A stretch of DNA of 63,196 bases, filler included, from Perkinsus chesapeaki ATCC PRA-425 (Eukaryota > Protista > Perkinsozoa): NCBI GenBank assembly GCA_013115145.1. It is 6 parts of 6 records of this genome, joined end to end, with 100 filler letters (N's around TTAATTAATTAA, not from the genome) between each part and the next. Parts side by side here need not be neighbours in the genome. Positions count along the whole stretch, not along the records: positions 56,704 to 61,975 come from JAAPAO010001175.1; positions 62,076 to 63,196 come from JAAPAO010002184.1; 4 more parts are not named here. The stretch is one strand, 5' to 3'. The notes below the pieces were generated by a model, which searched no databases, was not told the origin of the DNA, and was given only the letters and a program-made list of their open reading frames with translations. This document shows, piece after piece, positions 56,706-63,196 of this stretch. The stretch's first letter is position 1; every line of letters begins with the position of its first letter. The translations under genes were made by a program, and so were the position numbers.

Positions 56706-59700
56706 GTAATCAGTGATGGTGACACTACTGATCAACAGAGATCTGATGGATCTGATAGGCGCAAGGAAACTTGTCATTCTACCGGGATATTAACCCGTTC
56801 TACGGTTTACCAAGAGGTCGACCAGATGAGGAACGAGTTAGCTCAACTGAAGAAGCAACTGGCACAACTATCCAGCAAACCCCCACCACAAGAGAAGGAA
56901 GCATCTCCAACTGGTCGAGGGGAAGGTGGAACTGTATCAGGCACTAATGAAATGGCCGAGTCTATCATGATGCTAAAAGACGTCTTGAGCGACCTGCTGT
57001 TGAAATCGACTAAGAAGGAACCCGAGCTGAACTCAGGGAACCATTCAAATGACCCACACAAATTACCCTTACCCGATATAGGTGGTCCCTGGAGCGGACC
57101 AACACAGAAGACACCATATGGTTATTTCAAGTTCCAGGTCCTTGGCCAAATACAAGTGTATAAGCTAAATAGTACTGATGCGGTACATTATCTCCTCCGC
57201 TGTGTGAAAGGTGCCTTACACACTCATGTACGAGACTGTGCCTTAGCCAACGACCATAACATTGATAAAGTGATTGCCATGCTGGACGACATGTACAACA
57301 CCAAATGGCGGGAGGAATATCTGGAGTTCCGTTGGGAGTCTGAAGAACTATCGCAACGACAGAATGAGTCACCTGCGGAGTACTCCGCTAGACTAAAACT
57401 GGAGGCTTCCATATTGGGAACGTCGATTGGTTGTCAAGTTACTGAACGAGAAATCAGGTCTCGTTTCAGAAGAGGTATAAAACCTAAGGTACGAGAAGAA
57501 CTAGAACAACGCCTTGGTACTGGTGTGGTTACATATGATCAACTTGTGGACACAGCAGAGTACTACTGGGTGCGCAATCAGCGCAGAACTGATGTGGCGA
57601 GGAACTTTGACAATGCTCAAGACACAGACATTTGCTACGGGTTCAAGAAGTTCGGTCTATGTCGCAGAGGTGATTTCTGCCGGTTCAGGCACGAATTGGC
57701 GGAAATTAAGAAAACTGATGGCAACTCTATCGCCAGTGGCAACACTGGAAAGAGCCCGGCACTGGACGCCGGGGCAAGAGATAATGCGATGAAGACTGGT
57801 CAATGCTTTGAGTTCGCTCGCACTGGTAAATGCGATAAGGACAAGTGCATCTTCAAGCATGTGGTCGAAAATACTTCAGCGGCAATACTTTTGGATGGTG
57901 GAGATTCATGGTGCTTGGACGAACATGGGGCTATTAGCTATGATGGCCACACAGTCCATAAAGTTACACCAACAAGCTTGTCAGCAGTGACGGTGAAATG
58001 GATCTGTACTGGAAGACAGGAAGATGAGCCCGTGAGCGTTCCTGTAGTTATGTTACTGGACACGGGGTCCACTGTTAATCTCATCAGTAACAGCCTGGCT
58101 ACTACGCTAGGACTACAGATCGAAAGTACTGATATCTCAGCTATAAGGTTAGCAGATGGAAATAAGAACTTATGCCCAATTGGTTGTACAACGGTTGATA
58201 TCCTAGCTCACACAATTAATGAGTCTATATCCTGCATGGTGGTGGAATCTTTAGCCTTTGATGTGGTTATCGGCACTCCAGGATTGTCTACCTTGGGGGT
58301 CAATATAAACTTTCACAAGGACCTCAAAGAACCCTGCATTATGATCTCGGATGAAGAAACCACTACGGCAATTACAAGTTGTCCAGATGATACATATGAT
58401 TATAATGGAACAGATGCTCTATTATCTTGTGGAGTGGATATGTATCCTGTAGTGGAAGAGGTACACGGAGAACAACAAGTTCCTTATGCAGATCCGTTGG
58501 ACCTAAAATTATGTGGTGACAAAACTGGTGTACAATGGTATGAACTTCAAAGATTTCCCTGGGTGGATGATAAAAACAGACCAGGCTATAATCTGAATGA
58601 AGCCCGTGGAAGGGCCAGATCAATGTTAAAAAATTTATCATTTGAAGAACTGGCCGCCTTACAACGAGAGTTCCAAACCCTGGTTGACTCCGGACGCATT
58701 GTACGAGTCACGGAGGATAAATGTCTGCACTTCGTTCCATTACAGCCCGTCATCAAGGAGGTTACTGAGGACAAGGATGATACCATTACAAAGAAGGTTC
58801 GCTTGACCGCCGATGGCCGGAAGGTCAATAAATGGACTACGTCAGGCTCCATGGAAGGTGATCATGGGATAATAGACAATCTGGTTATCTGGCGATGTGG
58901 ACTACATGTCACTTCTCTCGATTTGACCAGTGCCTTTCATGGTATTAAGCTCGGCAAGGATTGTCTTCCCTATGCTTGTATATACCTATTTGATGAATTC
59001 TGGCAATGGACGGTACTAGCATTCGGGTTTGGGTTCTCATCGGCCGGGTTACATCAATCACTCAGGCCAATTATCAAGGATACCCAACCAATGGTCACGT
59101 CATTCCTATGCTGGTATGTGGATGATCTGAAGTTGGTGAATGATAATCCTCACGAACTTCGTGACGACGAGCTGGTATTGGTGAAAAATTTGAACAAGAA
59201 GTCGTTCCAGACCCAAGATAAGAAAAGGGTCAGTACTACTGACGCTGATGGTTACTATTCACACTTGGGATATGGGTGGTATATAACAAAGAATGGCGAC
59301 CCTGGTAGCGACGTTATCATGATAGCACTTCAAACAAAATTAGAGACGGCAATTGTGCAGATTGACACTACTGGCTCACTTACTAGGCGGATACTTTTAT
59401 CTACCTACTCATCATGGTATGACCCACTGGGACTACATCTATCCGTCTCAATCAGAGCAAGACTTAATATGAGAAGGGCCAATTTATCAGGAGCGGGCTG
59501 GGATGACCCCCTCCCAGAAGAAGATGTAGCACGCCTGAGAGAATGGGTTGATAGTATAAAAGGCTCAAACCTTCGTATACAGAGAGCCGTTGACTTCAAG
59601 GAACTTTACTGTTACACTGATGCAAGCATCCTTGCTTGGGCAGCTACACTGTATTGCCCCCCAAGGAGTGCGTGTGGAGGCTCGATTAAGGCTGACCTGG

Positions 59701-61814
59701 TGGTGTTTCGTGGTATAGGAGGCATCTTTGGGGCCACCAACTCGATGGAGAGTTGGACCATCCCAAAGAAAGAGTTGTATGCCCTGTTCAGAGGTTGTGA
59801 ACTCTTGAACACCATGGTTATCACACTGGAGAAAATGGGCCTAATATCCTCTACTGCAGAACTGAAATGGCATATGTATACAGACTCTGCCATAAGCGTT
59901 TATCGCTTAAGAGGCGGCGACAAGAAGCTAAGCAAGCTGGAGGCAAGGTGGTTATCATTCATCCGCAAGTCCTGCACAGATAACGGGTGGTCAGTTTATC
60001 ATGTTGGTGGCTCTAGAAATATGGCTGACTTCCCGTCCAGAGGAATTATCCTACCACACCATTCCGTGGACGAGAACGACTTGGCGGTCAGCATCAAGGA
60101 AGCTAGGACTGTAGCTTCTGGCCATTCCCTAACTGCATTTGACCCAAGGGCGTCATTGGAGAAGGAGAATACGGAGGAGAATGAGGACCAACAACCACCA
60201 CTATGTGCATTACTTACAACCGACCCTGACGGGCAGGAGACCATCCCTACGTTCAGAGTGTCGGAGGTGTTCGAGACCAACAAGGTTATTCTACACCAAC
60301 AGAAGTCCATATTCCTACAGCAGCTTATCAAATGGCATGAGAATGGTGGGAAATGGGATACTTCATTCATATTGCCAAAATCTTTGGTAGAGACTGAGGC
60401 ACTATTGTACAAGTTGGATGACGATGGAGTACTTTATCGTATGACATTCACTAATACTAGAGGTTGCCCCATTCCCAAAGTGGTATTGGCTAAAGAAGAC
60501 CCGGACTTCATTAACGATGTCATTGATAAAATACATGATATAGTGGGTCACCTCGGCAACGATAAGGTCGGCCCGGTAATCAAGTACAACTTTTATTGCC
60601 AGCATCTTTCAACCCTCATTAACAAGAGGCTACGAACGTGCCATCAATGTCAAGTTATAAATGCTTCTAGGAGAACGACCCGGGTGTGGGGAAGAACATC
60701 ATTTAAAGGAGTCAGGCCGGCCCAAGTTCTCGCTATCGACTTCATGGTTATGCCCGAAGGAAAAATGGCGGGGTCTCCACATACTCTTCGCGGCATTCTA
60801 ACGGTTACCTGTGGTGTAACACACTATACTTGGTTGAGACCGGTCTCTCAATGCACCATCAACCAGGTCATAATTGCCCTACAACAACTATTTGGTGACA
60901 TCTCCTACCCGGTATGTGTCATTACAGATGGTTTCACACCAGGCTCCCCGTGGCTGGAGAAAAGACAACTGCATAGACTGAAACAATGGTTGTATTCGAT
61001 GAACGTGTCCCTGGCGGTAATGCCACCTCACGGCGGTAGCTACTGTGGCTGGTATGAGAGAGGACACGCGCATGTGAGGAAGTTCCTCAAAGTACAGATC
61101 ATGAAAGGTGAGGAGAAGGAAAATTGGCCCAACTACCTCGGTCTTACACAGTTATCTATGAACTTGGTGCCGTACTCCCACAAGTCTCCATTATCTCCAT
61201 TGGACCTCATGTTCCCTCACGACAAGCCTCGGCCGTGGGAGCATCGAGCTTCCGGCCTTGATGATGAGTGTTTCACCGGAATTCGTCATTTATTTGCCCC
61301 AGAGGAGTACGAATACCTAACTGGTTTGTATGCAGCAGAGCGAGAAGAGTGGCAGGGTAACTTCAACGACTACGTCAAGTTCTGGATGGAAGCTAAGGAA
61401 TCACAACAAGCCGCATTACAGAGGAGATATGGTCGGGCAGCGAGTAGCATGACTGATATCAAGGTGGGTGACTTGGTACTAGTATATTCTCCGGCCAGTG
61501 ACAAGCTAACGTCTTCCTTCTGTGGTCCTTATGAGGTTATTGAAGAAGTTTCTCCCCATCTGAGGAAGATAGACGTGAAAGGACGAGGCGGGCGGCATAC
61601 GAACAGAGATATTTCTCCCTTGCAGACTATTTCTAATCTGGTCAAGTATCATGCGAGAGAGAAGGACCCCAAAGTGCAGCATTGGTTGCAATGCAGTAAC
61701 CCTAATTGTTTGGCCTGGCATGAGACCGACGAGATCACGGCCAACAGGTTCAGATCCGGTGACGCGAAGGTTAATTGTTCTTACTTTGGCGCTCGTTGCT
61801 CTGGTCACAGATAA
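56706..61814 (+). CDS. Intact Gag-Pol polyprotein of an LTR retrotransposon: Gag with 2 CCCH fingers, aspartic protease, RT, BEL/Pao-type RNase H, integrase, C-terminal CW-like zinc finger
   Basis: The 1662-aa ORF from ATG 56826 stays open upstream to the scaffold edge (56706). Motifs: CCCH at 57633-57692 and 57804-57860, LLDTGS, LDLTSAFH, WYVDD, WYDPLG..WDDPL, YTDAS, TIPKKEL, TDS, NMADFPSRG, H..GH..C..C, IDF / TDG / WYERG, CGPYEV, WLQCSNPNCLAWH..C....C. Confidence 0.95.
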   Translation, partial: VISDGDTTDQQRSDGSDRRKETCHSTGILTRSTVYQEVDQMRNELAQLKKQLAQLSSKPPPQEKEASPTGRGEGGTVSGTNEMAESIMMLKDVLSDLLLKSTKKEPELNSGNHSNDPHKLPLPDIGGPWSGPTQKTPYGYFKFQVLGQIQVYKLNSTDAVHYLLRCVKGALHTHVRDCALANDHNIDKVIAMLDDMYNTKWREEYLEFRWESEELSQRQNESPAEYSARLKLEASILGTSIGCQVTEREIRSRFRRGIKPKVREELEQRLGTGVVTYDQLVDTAEYYWVRNQRRTDVARNFDNAQDTDICYGFKKFGLCRRGDFCRFRHELAEIKKTDGNSIASGNTGKSPALDAGARDNAMKTGQCFEFARTGKCDKDKCIFKHVVENTSAAILLDGGDSWCLDEHGAISYDGHTVHKVTPTSLSAVTVKWICTGRQEDEPVSVPVVMLLDTGSTVNLISNSLATTLGLQIESTDISAIRLADGNKNLCPIGCTTVDILAHTINESISCMVVESLAFDVVIGTPGLSTLGVNINFHKDLKEPCIMISDEETTTAITSCPDDTYDYNGTDALLSCGVDMYPVVEEVHGEQQVPYADPLDLKLCGDKTGVQWYELQRFPWVDDKNRPGYNLNEARGRARSMLKNLSFEELAALQREFQTLVDSGRIVRVTEDKCLHFVPLQPVIKEVTEDKDDTITKKVRLTADGRKVNKWTTSGSMEGDHGIIDNLVIWRCGLHVTSLDLTSAFHGIKLGKDCLPYACIYLFDEFWQWTVLAFGFGFSSAGLHQSLRPIIKDTQPMVTSFLCWYVDDLKLVNDNPHELRDDELVLVKNLNKKSFQTQDKKRVSTTDADGYYSHLGYGWYITKNGDPGSDVIMIALQTKLETAIVQIDTTGSLTRRILLSTYSSWYDPLGLHLSVSIRARLNMRRANLSGAGWDDPLPEEDVARLREWVDSIKGSNLRIQRAVDFKELYCYTDASILAWAATLYCPPRSACGGSIKADLVVFRGIGGIFGATNSMESWTIPKKELYALFRGCELLNTMVITLEKMGLISSTAELKWHMYTDSAISVYRLRGGDKKLSKLEARWLSFIRKSCTDNGWSVYHVGGSRNMADFPSRGIILPHHSVDENDLAVSIKEARTVASGHSLTAFDPRASLEKENTEENEDQQPPLCALLTTDPDGQETIPTFRVSEVFETNKVILHQQKSIFLQQLIKWHENGGKWDTSFILPKSLVETEALLYKLDDDGVLYRMTFTNTRGCPIPKVVLAKEDPDFINDVIDKIHDIVGHLGNDKVGPVIKYNFYCQHLSTLINKRLRTCHQCQVINASRRTTRVWGRTSFKGVRPAQVLAIDFMVMPEGKMAGSPHTLRGILTVTCGVTHYTWLRPVSQCTINQVIIALQQLFGDISYPVCVITDGFTPGSPWLEKRQLHRLKQWLYSMNVSLAVMPPHGGSYCGWYERGHAHVRKFLKVQIMKGEEKENWPNYLGLTQLSMNLVPYSHKSPLSPLDLMFPHDKPRPWEHRASGLDDECFTGIRHLFAPEEYEYLTGLYAAEREEWQGNFNDYVKFWMEAKESQQAALQRRYGRAASSMTDIKVGDLVLVYSPASDKLTSSFCGPYEVIEEVSPHLRKIDVKGRGGRHTNRDISPLQTISNLVKYHAREKDPKVQHWLQCSNPNCLAWHETDEITANRFRSGDAKVNCSYFGARCSGHR

Positions 61815-61816
61815 CT

Positions 61817-61975
61817 GGGGTGGCGGCGGGACTGTCACGTCACCGTGAAGATGCATGAAGATTTCTTGAAGATTGCATGAAGAATGCAGGATGACAAACG
61901 GTTTCAGGGAGCTATAGTTATTATGAAACTCGATATGAGGAAGTAGATATTAGATGATGCTCTCAGTCCTTTTTT
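61817..61975 (+). repeat. Candidate PPT (61817-61831) and start of the 3' LTR (TGTCAC at 61833)
   Basis: ggggtggcggcggga-c-TGTCACG lies immediately after the pol stop, the canonical PPT/LTR layout. No second LTR is available for comparison. Confidence 0.65.
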
Positions 61976-62075
61976 NNNNNNNNNNNNNNNNNNNNNNNNN
62001 NNNNNNNNNNNNNNNNNNNTTAATTAATTAANNNNNNNNNNNNNNNNNNNNNNNNNNNNNNNNNNNNNNNNNNNN
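61976..62075. other. Artificial scaffold linker
   Basis: 44N-TTAATTAATTAA-44N. Confidence 0.97.
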
Positions 62076-62077
62076 TT

Positions 62078-63196
62078 CAAGCTCTTCAATGGCATGGCTT
62101 TAAGATCAATGAGTCTAAGAGAGCCCATAATATGACCACCCACGACTATGCGATTGGTCTTCCGCGTCAACCGGACATGTCGGATGAGACCCTCCAGAAG
62201 GCTTCATGGCTTGGTTATAGATGGTTCATTGGTGAAGAGTTCGATGTGTTCGACGTCAAACTACCAGACTTCACGATTACTCGGCCCGTGACTATGACCA
62301 AACTTAGGTCTATAGTTGCTCGCCTTTATGACCCTTTAGGTATCGTCGCCGAATTGACGTTGGAGCTTCGTTATCTTATGCGACGATTAACTAAAGCTGG
62401 TTATGGCAATGCCCCCTCCAACGCCAAGGGGGAGATATTGAACGACGACGATGCCGATGCTGCGATCGATACTATAACGTGGTGTGACAATATCCTCAAG
62501 AGTGACAGAGTATGGGCTCCTAGGTATACCCCTCTTGATACTATATATGCCTTTGCTGACGCAAGCGAAGCTAGTATTGGCATTGATATAAGAACCATAG
62601 ATGGCGTTCGGTTAGTTGCTCGTATGACTACGGTCCCTGGAGGAAGTATCCCTCGAAGGGAGCTAGAGTCTATTCGTCTTCTATTGGTAACACTACAGGA
62701 TATCCTACGAGCCGCTCGAGGTAGTGTCCATAATTGTATTATTCTTGGCGACAGCAGTATTACCCTTTTTCGCATTAAGGCGCTCCTTCGGGACCCCACG
62801 TGCAAGAAAGTCGTTTCTCTGCCCCGTCCAGAACGCAGACGACTTGACCAAATTTATAATATGGTTAGACAGATGAGGATAGATGACCCACACTTGACTA
62901 TCTCGTTCTGTCATATTCGGTCTATGTATAATTTGGCGGACCGGCTTACTCGACCCCGTTCACTTTATGATCCCTCTAATACCCCTACTTGGACCGTGGT
63001 CAAGAACGAGTTGAACGAGCCGAGTCTAGTAGCTTTCAAGGTCAACGAGTTCCTTCGCTTTGAAGACGATGAGGTGATAGATACCCTTTCCGATTCCCTT
63101 TCTAGTGATGCTTCTCCCATGGGCGTTTATCCAAAGGAAGTAAACACCACTGAATCGGTTTCCTGGTCGTATAATTTCAAGCAACGAGTTCTAGTG
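62078..63196 (+). mobile_element. Internal pol fragment (RT C-terminus and RNase H) of a second BEL/Pao-like retrotransposon, open at both ends
   Basis: Stop-free frame of 373 codons absent from the ORF track. Motifs WLGYRW, LRSIVARLYDPLGIV, YAFADAS, SIPRRELE, LGDSSI and NLADRLTR. Confidence 0.9.

Larger units (their letters stand above)
56704..61975 (+). mobile_element. LTR retrotransposon, BEL/Pao-like RNase H; 5' LTR missing, 3' LTR partial
   Basis: The polyprotein is followed directly by a G-rich polypurine-like tract and a TG-initiated terminus. Confidence 0.9.

Noticed and set aside
1-63196. Perkinsus/dinoflagellate spliced-leader sequence (ACCGTAGCCATCTTGGCTCAAG-like), rRNA or full tRNA genes
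   Set aside because: None found by eye on either strand. Only short chance matches such as gtagccat at about 13318. A tRNAscan/Infernal run would be needed to exclude them.
53917-63196. A composite DIRS-BEL-BEL retroelement island
   Set aside because: The three elements lie on different scaffolds separated by artificial linkers.

Overview
Eukaryotic, intron-dense protist DNA with about 40-60 nt GT-AG introns. The gene and transposon repertoire fits a Perkinsus-like alveolate, but that assignment is inference. The window is not one locus. It is six unrelated scaffolds joined by artificial 44N-TTAATTAATTAA-44N linkers: A 1-7791, B 7892-27835, C 27936-43190, D 43291-56603, E 56704-61975, F 62076-63196. 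Segment A holds a minisatellite-rich region, a MITE-like foldback and an MCTP/Pex30-like membrane protein with a DysF domain. Segment B holds a dead hAT transposon, a choline transporter-like (SLC44/CTL) gene, an ADD + Tudor-like + preSET-SET-postSET (H3K9-type) methyltransferase, a coiled-coil protein and two tandem PHO80/U-type cyclins. Segment C holds two secreted mucins and a large multidomain subtilisin that all share one 32-aa six-cysteine SYCKYW module. Segment D holds an AT-rich microsatellite-laden gene region, HYPK, a PHD-finger gene and a degenerate DIRS/Ngaro-type retroelement whose tyrosine recombinase is intact. Segment E is an intact 1,662+ aa LTR-retrotransposon polyprotein with CCCH-type Gag fingers, a BEL/Pao-type RNase H region and a CW-like zinc finger after the integrase. 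Segment F is an open fragment of a second, divergent BEL/Pao-like element that the ORF track missed. Exon structures were spliced by eye, so gene ends are approximate. All domain calls come from motif recognition, not from searches.
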